A DNA stretch of 61,901 nt, the filler included, from Chiloscyllium plagiosum (lineage: Eukaryota), in assembly GCF_004010195.1 (NCBI RefSeq). It is 3 parts of one record of this genome, joined end to end, with 100 filler letters (N's around TTAATTAATTAA, not from the genome) between each part and the next. Parts side by side here need not be neighbours in the genome. Positions count along the whole stretch, not along the records: positions 1 to 27,174 come from NC_057713.1; 2 more parts are not named here. One strand, written 5' to 3'. A program made the position numbers and the translations under genes. Under the pieces are notes generated by a model. It ran no database searches, was not told the DNA's origin, and saw nothing but the letters and a program-made list of their open reading frames with translations. This document shows, piece by piece, positions 12,945 to 25,830 of this stretch. Numbering within the stretch: the stretch's first letter is position 1; every line of letters starts with the position of its first letter.

Positions 12945-13526
12945 AAAGTTTGTGAGAAGATTTGTAGCTCGGGTGCTCGTTGCTGTGGTTCTGTTCGCCG
13001 AGCTGGAAGTTTTTGTTGCAAACGTTTCGTCCCCTGTCTAGGTGACATCCTCAGTGCTTGGGAGCCTCCTGTGAAGCGCTTCTGTGGTGTTTCCTCCGGC
13101 ATTTATAGTGGCCTGTCCCTGCCACTTCCGGTTGTCAGTTTCAGCTGTCCGCTAGCCACTAAACGCCACGACCAGCTATCCTTAGTAGCCACACACACAG
13201 ACGAGAAGCAACATGAATTTGACTGGGACAACACTACCATTATAGGGCAAGCCAAACAAAGAACAGCCAGGGAATTCCTAGAAGCATGGCACTCATCCAC
13301 AAACTCCATCAACAAACACATCGACCTGGACCCAATATACCGGCCACTACAGCGGACAGCTGAAACTGACAACCGGAAGCGGCAGGGAGAGGCCACTATA
13401 AATGCCGGAGAAAACACCACAGAAGCGCTTCACAGGAGGCTCCCAAGCACCGAGGATGTCACCTAGACAGGGGACGAAAATGTTTGCAACAAAAACTTCC
13501 AGCTCGGCAAACAGAACCACAGCAAC
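12945..13526. mobile_element. Penelope-like element fragment with inverted pLTRs and 13-bp target duplication
   Basis: 12980-13152 is the reverse complement of ~13350-13526. Central GIY-YIG C-terminus HEFDWDNTTIIGQAKQRTAREFLEAWHS. ACTATCAATATTT at 12932-12944 and 13525-13537. Confidence 0.92.
13018..13057 (-). ncRNA. Minimal type I hammerhead ribozyme motif, sense to the copine pre-mRNA (intron between coding exons 8 and 9)
   Basis: Same sequence as 106-145 on the opposite strand; intact CUGAGGA and GAAACGUU. Confidence 0.7.
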
Positions 13527-13572
13527 TATCAATATTTCACTGTTCACAAATTCTAACGTCCCAACTCCCAAG

Positions 13573-16500
13573 TGTAGGGATTGTAAAGAGGTCAGGCAGG
13601 TGGACCTAATAGAATATGGGCTCCCTGACTGAGGATGTTAATCTGGTCCAATCAGGGAGCCCTAGCTGACAGGTAAAAACAGGAGTATCAGACATCCTGC
13701 TCACTCTGAGGGAGCTGGATCAGTTTCAATGACTCTCCATGTGCAAATAAAGGGTGACTTGGTAATGGGATACTGGCTTCTCTGGAGTTAGTTCAGTGGT
13801 GATGAGAGAAAAGCACACTTCTAAAGGAATTTGCTTGCAACAGTTGCCTTTGTGTTGGGGTAAGCATTTCTGGCATCATGCTGTTACTTGGGAAGCTTGA
13901 ACTCCTTCGAACCTGACAAAGATTAGGCTCAGTATGTGGAAAGAATGCATGTTTTTTTTCTGGGACAGATGAAAAGCCACGAGTAACTTTCCTGACAGCT
14001 TGTGGACCAGCAGCTTTTCCAGTTATTAGGAGCCTAACATTCCTTGAGGCACCAAATACTAAAACCTTTCAAGAGTTGATGGACTTAGTTAAGGAATATT
14101 ACAATCCCAAGCTTTCTCTAATTCTATGGTGCTATCACATAGTCTTAGAGATGTACAGCGTGGAAACAGACCCTTCAGTCCAACTCGCCTATGCCGACCA
14201 GAAAGTGTTACTCAGTAATTTGAGAACCAGGGAAGTCTGTACCTGGACTTTTAATGAGATAAGATGACTGGCAGAGGCAATGTGACTTTGGTTTAATCCT
14301 TAATGAGATGATGAGACACCATTTGGTGGGATTAATGATATAACCATGCAAAAATGACTACTAGTTGAAGTGCAACTGGACTTCAAACAGGCACTACATC
14401 TGGCTTTATCATTGGAAAATGTGGCAAGGGGAGCAGGTGAGTTGTAGGAGATTCTGATGGAAGTGTACATCTTTACCCGTCTGAACTTAAGGAATACCAC
14501 TTGAGTGAAGGCAATTACATAGGCTCACTCAGGATCTATCCTGAACGGAGGATTTATATGCAGGGGGCTGTCCTACATAAAGTGGACATGGGCCATGCGT
14601 ACTTGCAATTGCGGTTAGATGAGAGTTCTCAGAAGCATGCTACAATTAATTCCTATTAGGGTTTATACCAGCATAAGAGATTCCCATTTGGAGGTATCAT
14701 CCAAATGCCTTGGCATTTTTCAGTAAACGATGCAGAACAGTTTACAAGGTCTACCCAGATTGCCATTTATCTAGATGACATGCTAATTCCAGGGAAGAAA
14801 TAAGGAACACTTGGAGAACTTGGGACATAATCCTTTGACCTTAGTTTCTCCCAGACAGGCATACAAGTGAAAAATGTGTGATCCAGGCAACCCAAGTGAT
14901 TTACTTGGGCTATGGAATCAACAAGATTGGGTATATTTGTTGAAAGATAAGGTAAGGGCGATCAAAGATGCCCTGGTTCCCATTCTGTACCGATCTTAGG
15001 TCTTTATTTTGGCTAAGAAACGATATGGAAAGTTCATACATAACCTTACATCTAACCTGGCACCTATGCATCGACTCTTAAAGGGGTCAGCCTTGTAAAT
15101 GGTTTTGCAACCACTTCTCTAAGAGCTCTGACTTGAACAAACACTTATCATCTCTAAGATTATGGCACTGTGATCCCCAAGTGAAATCTGGTTTGGCATG
15201 TGATACCTCCCTATACAGCATCAAGATAACATTAGCTCAAAGGTGACCCAATGGAGAGGAAGGCCCAATAGCATATACATCCAGAACTCTGGCTAATGTA
15301 GAGTGTAAATACGCCCAGATAGAAAAGGAAGGTGTGGCGGTCATAGTCGGAGTCAGGAAGTTCCACCAATACCTTTAAAGACATAAATTTGTAATAATAA
15401 TAAACCATTAACTACTGCTTGGCCTACTTAAAGAGGACAAGGTAGTGCCACTTATAGCTTCTGGCCGAATTCAGCGATGGGCTCTAATGCGGAGTACACA
15501 TAATTACAGTTTGGAACACCATTCGGGAGACAAGTAGCAAATGCAGATGCATTGAGCCACCTCCCACTGGCAAATACACCATGGGTGGTACCACCACTGG
15601 AAGAGTTTGTAATGGTTTTAAATTTCCAGTCACCGCTGACAATGTCAGATTCCGGATGCAGAAAGATCTAGTCCTTGAAAAACTGAAACAGCTAGTGGTG
15701 CTGGGGCAAACCAAAGGCTGTCACAACCAGAATTGAAACCATTTTGGACCCAGAGAGATCAGATCATACAGCATACTATTATGAAGCATGATTGTCCTGA
15801 GCAAAGGTTGCTGCCAGACGCTGACTGAACTCCACCAGGGGTTTCCAAAATGAAGATGTGGGCGAGAAGTTATGTCTGGATTGGATGCAGACATAGCTGC
15901 GTTGGTGGGGCAGTGTCCAGAGTGTCAACAAGGGCCAGTTAAACCCTGGACTCGGTTACATGTCGACTATGCAGATCCTTTCATGGGCTCAATGTTCTTA
16001 GCCATTGTGGACACCCCTCAAAAGTTGATGGATGTGCATAGAACTCATTCATCAAACATGGGGAGGATGAAAAATCGATGCAGATCTTTTGCAATACACG
16101 GACACGGAAGTGTCAGTCACAGATAATGGGCCATCGTTTACCAGCTGGGAATTTGAGTATTTTCTGAAGTCATATTGTATTCATCATACAAGGACAGCTC
16201 CTTACCATCCATCATCCAATGGTCGGGCAGAATGAGCAGTCCAAACTTTGAAGGCAAGCTTAAAGAAACAACTTAAAGCTTCACTAGATAACAAACTCTC
16301 CTGGTTCTTATTTGATTATAAGACTACCCTTTATGCAACTCCAGCAGAGTTGCCAACGGGGAGAAGCCTCTGCACCAGATTAATGCTGAACTTGTCAAAC
16401 CTTGGGGGAAAGGTGAAACAGCATCAGGAACACCGATGCTGAAAATAAGAATCTGCTAAATGAGAGAGTTTGCTTCAAGGGATGCAGTTTGTGTAGGAGA

Positions 16501-17143
16501 GAGTTATGGTTGATGTGAGGTCAGGTCCAGTGACATATAAAGTTCAGGTGGGTGCTTCAGTCCTGAACAAGCACATGGACCATATGAAAGCTGCAAACTT
16601 GCAAATGGTGTGGAAGCTAAATGTGCCTCTTTAGCTCATCTACTGCCTTTCCAAATGTTCCAGATCTGTGGGTTCTCCCCATCGGTTAGGCGTTGAGATA
16701 CCTCGTAATCTGAGATGGACATAGATGTTGCTACCTTGATCCCTTCTGCCTGAAGAAGAGAATGAATTCCATTCGAAACGCTCCAGGTGCAGAAGGCGTG
16801 CTGCAGCGTGTTGCACATCATGTGTATCAGAGGCAATGTTGGATGAACCTGATCCGGTGCTAAAATGCCCCAGGAGAAGGTATATATTTACAAAAAAGAA
16901 GAACCAGCCTGTCTTTGACTCAGAGGGTTATAATGATTGTAACGAGATCAGCCAGGTATACCTCATAGAATGAGCTCCTGATTGGGGCTGTTAATCTGGT
17001 CCCATCAGAGAGCTCTGGCTGACAGATGTCAGTTATCCTGTTCACTCAGAGGTAGCTCTGAAGGAGCAGGATCAATGCTAAGGACTCTCTTACATGCAAA
17101 TAAAGGATGACTTAATAATGGGATACTGGCCTTTGTATTTTAA
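13573..17143 (+). mobile_element. Decayed Gypsy LTR retrotransposon with both LTRs
   Basis: 5' LTR TG...CA 13573-13795, PBS-like gtggtgatgag, gag start ~13878, RT IYLDD ~14766, RNase H YAQIEKEG...VRKFHQYL, integrase [31 protein letters not shown], purine tract 16922, diverged 3' LTR ~16929-17143. Order RT-RH-IN indicates Gypsy. Confidence 0.9.
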
Positions 17144-18217
17144 TTCTAGCCTTACATCATAGAACATTTCCCAAAATTTCAAATCTTTTTCTCTGATAAT
17201 TTAGCAGCAAAACAAGTTATCAGTCTCTAAAATACTTTCTCTGTATTTGAAGTCAAACAACACAGAACAATTAGTTCATTAAATTCAGCACCATTTTCTC
17301 TGGCACAAACTGAAGTCACAAAGCAAACTGCTGCGTGGCAGGGATTGTCACTTTAACAGCTGCAGCATGAGAGGGGAAACTATCTGTTTTCTCCAAGCAT
17401 TTCATGCATTACTCCTGTCACTGCTACACACTGTCCTATTGTAAAACTCAGCTTCAAAAAGATGGAACTGTAAAACAAACTTTTAATTTCTTTTTAAACA
17501 TCACAAAAATCTATTTCCAGAGTCATGTACCAGGAAGAATGGGGATGCAGTGGATGAGAAACTGAATGATTGGAGAATGAGCCACAGATTATAGATCGAG
17601 TTCTGAATAGGTGAGAGGCCTGACAGTAGTTGCAGATGTGTAGCCATTGGCTCAAAATTTTAACAGGGAAACAGTGACAGAAGTCAATGGTTAGGGAGGC
17701 AGGACAAAGTTCAAAAGATCAAAGGGGCAGAAATGAGCCTTGTCCCAAATCTGAACAGGACAGTCAACAGGAGAGCTCCACATTTAAACATCAGCAGTAG
17801 CTGAGCTTTTTGGGGACAATTTTTCTCATGTTTCTTAGAGCTATATCTAGGGACCCAGGTTGAACTGTATGGTGATTTTGGAGAGATCATCATGTAGAAA
17901 ATGTTGGCATTTGCACATGTCCCCTCATGGTCCTTCAACTCATCATCTTGTTGTCATGCCACCTTTTGTCTTTCTTTTGATCTTACATTTTGTTCTCCAC
18001 TCTTCTTGTCTCTTTCTTTCCTGTCTTCCCCTCTACTGGCAAATATTTTCTCCACTTCCCTTCTCTAGTCACTGTCGCAATCCAATATCTCCTTATAGCT
18101 CCTCGGCCCAACTCACTACTTGCATCAGTCAACCCTCACAACAGGCCTATGGCACCTGCTTCAGTGGTTTGTAGTTGTGAGACAGCAATTCAGTTTTTAA
18201 AACAGGGAACACATTGG

Positions 18218-18585
18218 TTTGGTGGAAATACCACTGGACTAGTAATCCACATGCCCAGACTAATGCACTGAGGTCCTGGGATCAATTGTTACCTTGGTAG
18301 CTGGTAGATTTTAAATTCAGTTAAAAATATCTGAAATTAAAAAGCTCAATAATAATGCCATGAAATTATCAGCAATTGTGATTTTAAAAATTGTTCACTA
18401 ATGTTGTTTAGTGAAGGAACTCTGCCAAGCCTACCTGGTTTGGCCTGCATGTGACTCCAGATCCAATATGGGTGACTCTTAATTGCCCTCTGAACAAGCC
18501 ACTCTATTCAAGAGTAATTCAGCATGGGCAACAGTGCTGGCCTTGCCAGCAATGCTCCACAACTTGGGAAAGAATAAAGAATAAA
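18218..18585 (+). mobile_element. tRNA-derived SINE whose 3' tail resembles the CR1/L2-group LINE; copies at 33545-33850 (+), 40215-40545 (-), 40645-40992 (-)
   Basis: Shared head actggactagtaatcca...ggttcaaatcccacc, core ttcactaatg...gaaggaa...tgtgactccaga, and tail atgctggcc..gccag...aataaa. Confidence 0.75.
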
Positions 18586-18924
18586 AGTGCATATAATGTA
18601 TTTGCCAAATAGACTGGTTGCTGGCATAAAAAAATAAGCTGCTGACTCAATGCTGCAGAATTTATGAAGGTACAGCAACAAGAAACAGAGCTAGTGAGGT
18701 CAGTGGCACTGCTGGGATTAAAACTGGAAAGTAAGCAGCAGCTGAGACTTCAAGCATAAACTAGCAAACTGAGAATAATGGGAGTGACACAATAGAGTGT
18801 AAGAAAGGAGAGAGATAGCAAGAGAATGACAGAGACAATGAAACAAATTAATTGAACAGATGAGAAAGAAACTAAACTAAAACAAATCTTTATTATAGTC
18901 AGAATAAAACAACTCAATTAATTA

Positions 18925-19029
<105 letters not shown>

Positions 19030-19149
19030 CTATGAAAAAAACACCATGAGCTTTGTGACTGTAAATCATAACATGAAAATACAATGCATTATGATAAATT
19101 ATAAAGCTTTATGATCAAACACTAAGTTCAAATTATCATTCAGTAAGAC

Positions 19150-20240
19150 TACAACAGCAGCATTAGGCCATTCAGCCCATTGAATCTGTTCCACCTGTCA
19201 ATCACGGCCAATATGTTTCTTAACTCCATTCCCCCTCTAACCCTTGGTCCCTTTTCTAATCAAGATTCTATTTACCTCTGTCTTAAATACTTCCAATGAC
19301 TTGACCTCCACACCCTTCTGTAGAAATCAGTTCCACAGATTAACTGGCCTCTAGACGAAGGCATTCCTCTTCATCTCAGTTCTAAAGGGTCTTCTCACTC
19401 TGAGACTGTGCCCTTGGCTCCTCGTCTCTCCTATTTGTGAAAAAGTCTTCTCCATGTCTATTCAAACGTCTTGGTATTCTGTAAGTTTCAATCGGCTCTC
19501 CCTCATCCTAAATGCCATCGAGTACACACCCAGAGTCCTCAACTGTTCCTCATATGACAAACCCTTCATTTCCAAGATAATTCTTCTAGACGCCCTCCAA
19601 TGTCTGCACATCCTTCCTTAGATATGGGGCTCAATATTGCTCACAATATTCCAAATGCGGCCCAACGGTGCCTCCAGCAGTACATCTTTACTCTAGATTT
19701 AGATTTTATTGTCACATGTACTTGAACACAGGAGCACATTCTCTGGCACCATCTTAGTATACAAAAGACAGGATTCCAAAACAGTAGCAGAAATAAAAGA
19801 AAAGGAAATATACCCCTCCTCCACCGTGACTTCTCACTGCCAGAAAGATCTCAACCTGCAAACACGCAGGTATCCTGAGTTCCCATACACGCCGCTACAA
19901 CACCATTACCTCTGCCGTCAAGTACCTGGGCCCCAGCCACAGTCTGGAGCCGCACCCCTGCTGTTGTGTCACCCACCTAACCCCCTTCCCCCCCGCCCCC
20001 TGCAACCCCCCCACGTACACCACCTTCTCTCCATTCCCATGTCCCCACTCCCCCCACCACCACCACCCAGGCCTACCCCTCTTGAAATGAATGCTAACAT
20101 TACACCTTCCTTCCTAAGTGCCATCTGAAACTGCATGTTACCTTAAGAGCATCCTGAACTAGGACACCCTAGTCTCTTTGCGCTTCAGATTTCTGAAGCT
20201 TTTCCCCATTTTAAAAAATAATCTATGCCTCTAACCTGGA
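19150..20240 (-). mobile_element. CR1 LINE 3' fragment, interrupted by an insertion at ~19695-20075
   Basis: Reverse-complement CR1 motifs (ggccattcagccc tail, ccaaatgcgg, tgaatgctaacatt). Confidence 0.75.
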
Positions 20241-20770
20241 TTATATAAGAACAGATCCAGGCAAATACAATGACAATCCTGAAAAACAGCGTAGTCTGTG
20301 GTCAACCATGTCAAACACTGCAGACCGGTTGATAACAATGAAGGATACTTTACCATGGCCACAGTTCCATGAGCAGTAATTTGTGACTTTTATAAAGTAA
20401 ATTTCAGTCCTAGAAGCCTATTGAGGGAATTGAAATATAGAGCTGTAATAAAGATGGGCACTAATTTGGTAATGAATGATACTTTCAAGCAAATCCAGCA
20501 AGGTCTCAGAGGTAGGAGTTGAGGCTGGGTTTTTTTTTTAAATGGGAGCCTTTGAGACTTTACACCAAATTTGAACATAAGTGAGACAGTGTCTGAGTAG
20601 AAGGATCTATTAACACTATTAGCTATGCCAGGGGCCAGTATGGGAAGATGGATGATCAGCAATTTAGTGGGAAGATAATCAAAGGAGCAGGTGGTGGGTG
20701 CTATGGACACAGGATGACCACTTGTTCTCGACTTTCCAGGATTGTTGCAGAATTTTCCTTGATGGGTGTG
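20230..20770 (-). mobile_element. Old L2-like LINE RT fragment
   Basis: Minus strand SAVFDMVDH (L2-type DLSAAFDTVDH motif) at ~20295-20325. Confidence 0.55.
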
Positions 20771-21749
20771 TCCAGGCTTGCCATGTGTCCTCAGATTCTG
20801 CCCAGTGTCTTCATTTGTGCACAGTGCACACAGCCACACATGAACAGCAGCAGTGATAGCATCATGTCTCCCCTGTCTAACTCTTACGAAAAACCCTCCA
20901 AACTTCCATCTGTCGACACCTCCCAACCCTCTCAAAACATCCCACCAGACCTAGCAGGACACAAACCTGCCTCCACTTCTTCGATTCTGCCAACAACCCT
21001 GCACCCCAGCCCTCCAGTTTTACCTGCAGCCTTGCAAAATGTACCTATTCTTTCCCCTCCAGAGTTGGTCACCCTGTATGTATGAGAGGAAATACACAGA
21101 GAATGAAGCAAGTTCAGGGGCAACCTTAGGAGAAGCTTGGATCAGCGACCAAGGAGAAGAAAGAAAATGAAGAAATCAAACAGCTTCTGTAGAGGATATG
21201 CACATTTACATGAATGCATTTCTTACTCATCTTGCTCACTGATATACCAGCAGCTAATTCAACAATGTTAATAATGGCAGTGAAGAATATGTCGTCAAAA
21301 TTCTGGTGTTATTCTTTTCCACACAACATACAGAACTAATTGCCACATCTACAGTATATCATCAACCGTAAATAAAAATCAGATCTGATCAACAGAATGA
21401 TTACAGTTACATATAATGCCATTTGTGGCTATAATAATGTAGAACTATCAGAGTAAATTACTAAAATACTAGATCAATGTACAGACAGTATCAGCAGGAC
21501 AGATTTCTCACCCACAATTTCACAGTCCACACTCACAGCAGTCGAGCTAAATCACATGCAAGTACTCAAAAAAACATTGTTATTGAAATACTTCACTGAA
21601 TGCACCATTATTTCTTTTGTCCTTTAACCTGCCACTATTTGACTGCATCTACTAAGAACTACATTTATACTGATGCTGTTCAGATGTATACTGTCTTTAC
21701 TTTCAGAGAACAAATTGCATCGTTGATGTTTACAATTCTCAATGTTTAC

Positions 21750-22605
21750 AATCAATCTCTTGGCTTTTAGCTGAGGCATCAGTGGGGCCCAATTACTGAA
21801 TGGACCCCGTTATTCTTCAACTCAAGGACCTTACATGATGGTCTTGCCCCACCACACTTTGGCGGCAGCTGCCCAAGCTTCAGCGCATCCCTCAGCACAC
21901 CTAGACCTTGAAATGTGTCAGTCTGAACACTCAGGCAGGCTCAATTCCTTCAACTGGAAGACCAGCAAGTTTTGGGCAGATCAAAGAGCGCCTTTCACCG
22001 AGTTGATGGTCCTGCAGGCATAGTTGATGTTCATCTCAGTGTGCTTCCTGGGGAACAGACCGTAGAGCAAGGCGTCCCACGTCATGGAGCTTCTCAGGAC
22101 GAACCTCGACTCAAACCACTGCATCTTTCGCCAGACATCCTTTGCGTAGGCACATTCCGGAAGGAGATGTGTAACAGTCTAGTCCCCTCCACGGCCGCTT
22201 TGAGGACAGTTTATGGTGGCGCAGCGAGTCCAGGCATGCATAAAGGATCTCTCAGTGAGGGGCCCTTCTCACCACCAGCCAAGCGATGTCCAGGTGCTTG
22301 TTTGAAAGTTTTGGCGAGGAGGCATTTTGCCAAATGGCTTTGACAGTCTGCCCAGGGAACCGTTAGACAGGGTACTGTGCTGGTCTCAAGGACACTGTGC
22401 TGACCACTTCCTGATGAACTTGTGGTCAAAGGTGTTTTTCTTCACAAGTTTCTCCATGAAGCACAGGTGATACGGAACAGTCCAACTACTTGGAGCGTTC
22501 CACAGCAGGGAGGGCAGGCCCATTTTTCGCAAGACCTGGGACAGGTAGAACTTCAGTACCTAATGACACTTGGTGTTTACATACTGGGCATCGCGCATGC
22601 AAACA
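21750..22605 (-). mobile_element. L1/Tx1-clade LINE 3' fragment (C-terminal zinc-binding domain)
   Basis: Minus strand CPQSGRGG..TVTHLLPECAYAKDVW, LYGLFPG and INSVKGALWSAQN. GC-rich compared with flanks. Confidence 0.7.
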
Positions 22606-22690
22606 AATTAGCAACTTTGTGAAAATTTAAACATTTATCAAAAATGTGATTTTGTTACATGTTGCAACAAATTTCATCAGTTATAATTCA

Positions 22691-22965
22691 GGGTAGCACA
22701 GTGGTTAGCACTGTTGTGCCATTGCTTTGGATGACTGTCTGCGTAGAGTTTGCACACTCTTCCCATATCTGCTTGGGTTTCTGCTGAGTGCTCTGGTTTC
22801 CTTCCACTGTCCAAAGATGTGCAGGCTAAGTGCATTGGCCATGCTAAATTGCCCTATGCAGGGATGTGCAGGCTAGGCGGATTAGCAACGGTAAATGCAG
22901 GGGTTACAGGGGTAGGGGTGGGATGCTCTTCAGAGGGCCTATCTGCTCCATAGGGATTCTACGAA
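22691..22965 (+). mobile_element. HE1-type V-SINE (degenerate)
   Basis: tRNA-like head gcacagtggttagcactg; V-core ggtttcct...ccaaagatgtgcagg. Confidence 0.8.
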
Positions 22966-23593
22966 TTCCATAAAATCATAGTCAACATGGGTATATTCAA
23001 CATTTAAAATTATTTGGGAATTTAGGTACTATAAGTATTAGAGCAAAATAGAATGTGTCTAACATCTTTATGTATCTAGTGGAAATCCCTACTTGCAAAC
23101 AGAAACTGTGCCAGTATATCTAATTTTCTTGACTTAATCTTGAAAAATGGGATGTACTTCAATATTTAAATTACATTCCTGATTGGAAAAGTTCTCTGGT
23201 AAATGTACCAAGTCTTAAAGTTACTCCTTTAGGGCGTTATAGTTTCAAATGTATCTACAGAGATATTGCAATTTTATAGCTGAACAGAAATAACAAAAAT
23301 AAATGGACCTCAACTACAAGATATTTACTAATAAATCTAGAATACTTCAGAAAAAATGTATTTACTTCAGGGGTGGTTAGAACACGGAAACTCACGACTA
23401 CAGGAAGTGGTTGAGGTAAATGCAGATTAATGCTTTCAAAAGGAAATCAGACGAGTATGTGTGAGAAAAGGAATGTAAAATGTTGAGATTAACTAGATGG
23501 ACTGGGAGGAGACAAATGGTGAGCAGAGGCTTGTGGTTGAGTGAATGCTATTTCTAATGCTATACATTCTTACAATTTTATTCACAAACCTAC

Positions 23594-23692
23594 CGGTGAA
23601 TAGTAGGATGCTCCCAGTAGTTTAGTCATATTAGTCTCAAATATACCAATTAGATCATGTGAGCCATCATTGTCATAGTCATAACAATCCAC
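23594..23692 (-). CDS. CPNE3: Copine coding exon 7: [33 protein letters not shown]
   Basis: 99 nt, tttttcag|...CCG|gtaggt. C2B DYDxDGSHD Ca2+ ligands. Confidence 0.96.
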
Positions 23693-24179
23693 CTGAAAAA
23701 GATTAAAATCACATTTTGTTGAAAGCCGTAAAATTGCTATTTTCAAGTTACCACACTCTGCTATCTTTTAATTGTTAGTATTAAACAGCCTATCGCCATT
23801 GATAAGTGCAACTTTCCTCCATGCATTCCCCTCTTGTTGAAGCATTGGTTTTGTATAATTCTCAGTGCAAAATTGCAAAAGCTTTGAGCAACTTGGCAAG
23901 CTGCAGGATAAATCATTATTGTTAAGTATTGAAACTATCAGATAGGTAAAAGCTGGTATCTTAGGTGCAACTTCATTCAAATGATAAGTTTTTCAGAAGT
24001 AATAGATTTGATCTATTGGTTAGATTTTATGCAAATTGGTCACGAAGTGTCATCAGCATTTGGAACTTGAGCACCTAAAACAATCTTATTCACATGTATC
24101 AGTATTGCTGATGTATTAAGAATGATAAGAATAGATGGCTGTACCAGTATTCACTTGGACACATTTGTTAATGTGTTTT

Positions 24180-25030
24180 CTTTTATTTAATTTTGAGGCA
24201 TCACTAGCCAGGCCAGCATTTATTATCTGCCCCTAGTTGCTCTTAAAGTGATGGTGAGCTATCTTCTTGAATCATTGCAGTCCACGGGCTGTTGGTATAC
24301 ATCCAAGTCAAGACTGTAAGTGGGTTTGAGAGGAACTTGCAGGTATTGGTGTTCTGCCGCCCTTTCCTTCTAGCTGAAAGTAGTTGTGGGCTTGGAAAGT
24401 ATTGCCTAAGGATCTTTGGTGAATTTCTGCAGTGCACTGTGTAGACAGTATCAGTGATGTAAGGAGTGGATGTTTGCAATGCCAATTAAGCAGGCCGTTT
24501 TGTTCCCGCTGGTGTCAAGCTTCGAGTGTTGTTGGAGCTGTGCCCATTCAGTGGCGACTATTCCATCATACTCCTGACTTGTATCTTGTAGATGGTGAAC
24601 AGGATGTGGGGAGGCAGATGGTGAGATACTTGCTGCAATATTCCTAGCCTCTAACCTTCCGGTCTTCTAAGCTGTATTTATAGAGCGAGTCAAATTGAGT
24701 TTCTGGTCAATGGCAACTTGCAGGATGTTGCTAGTGGGGAACTCAGTGACGATAACACCATTGAATGTCAAGAAGTGGTAGTTAAATTGTCTCTTTTGGA
24801 GTTGGTCATTGCCTGTCATTTGTATGGCATGATGTTACTTGCCACTTGTCAGTCCAAATCTGGACATTGTCCAGATCTTGTTGCATCTGAACATGGACTG
24901 CTTTAGTATCCGAGAATTCAGGAATGATGCTCATTGGCGAACATCCTCACTTCTGACCTTATGATGGAGAGAAGGTTAATCAAGAAGCAGCTGAAGATGG
25001 TTGGATCTAGATACTATCCTGAGGAAATTA
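24180..25030 (-). mobile_element. CR1/L2-group LINE 3' fragment
   Basis: Reverse complement of the family at 1338-2430 (gttacttgccacttgtcag, ctggtcaatgg, gccagcatttatt). Confidence 0.75.
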
Positions 25031-25143
25031 TCACTTATATAAGACAATTAAATATACTAATTTTTTTTAGAAAAAGTCAATATTCTTAAGAAAATGTGGC
25101 AAGTTTTTATTTCCGCTTCAATATACAGAAAAATGTAAAGTAC

Positions 25144-25233
25144 CTTGATAGACCTCTCTAAGTCCCCATTACACAGAGACCGCAGAGGAATTCTAAAAGG
25201 TTTCCAACTTGGATTCAGGTTATTCTTTATTAC
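25144..25233 (-). CDS. CPNE3: Copine coding exon 6: [30 protein letters not shown]
   Basis: 90 nt, ttttcag|...AAG|gtactt. Confidence 0.96.
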
Positions 25234-25329
25234 CTGAAAAATAAGGTAGAAAATACAATAAGATAATATCACAAAAGTATTGCTTTAATTTTTTTAAAAA
25301 ATCTCTCATAATCTCTTGTGGGATTCACA

Positions 25330-25830
25330 TTACAGAAAAGACGCAAACACATTGAAGACAGTGCGGAAGCGATTTACAAGATCAGTTCCAGAATTGAGAA
25401 ACTTCAATGAAGAGAATAGCTTGAAGAAGTAGGGGCTGTTCTCCCCGGAGAGAAGACAATTAACAGAAGATCTGATAAAGGTTTTCAAAGTATGGATAGG
25501 GCTAGATAGAGTAGATAGGGAGAAGCTGTTCCCACTCTTAAAAGAGAAGAAGAATGACAGGGAATAGATTTAAAGTGATGTGCAAACAAAGCAATGGTAA
25601 TGTGAGGAAAAACCTTTTTCACATTGAGAGTACTCAAGGTGTGGAATGCACTGTCTGTACATATGGAGGGAGCAAGTTCAATTGAGGCCTTTGAGAGGGC
25701 ATTGGATGATCCTTTAGATAGAAGTGGTGTGCAGGGATATGGGAAGAGGCAGGTGATCAGTACGAGGTAATCAAATCCATGCTGAAACAATGGGCTGAAT
25801 GGCTTCCTTCTATGCCATTACAATTCTGAG
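25330..25830 (+). mobile_element. CR1 LINE 3' fragment (old)
   Basis: gggctgttctcc...gatctgataaaggttttcaa...tgggctgaatggcttcct. Confidence 0.75.

Noticed and set aside
19975..20070. Proline-rich ORF 19709-20128 and C-rich tract
   Set aside because: Low-complexity antisense reading of a G-rich repeat body; no coding evidence.
20390..21085. 181-aa and 145-aa overlapping ORFs
   Set aside because: They overlap decayed L2-like sequence and have no host-gene motifs.
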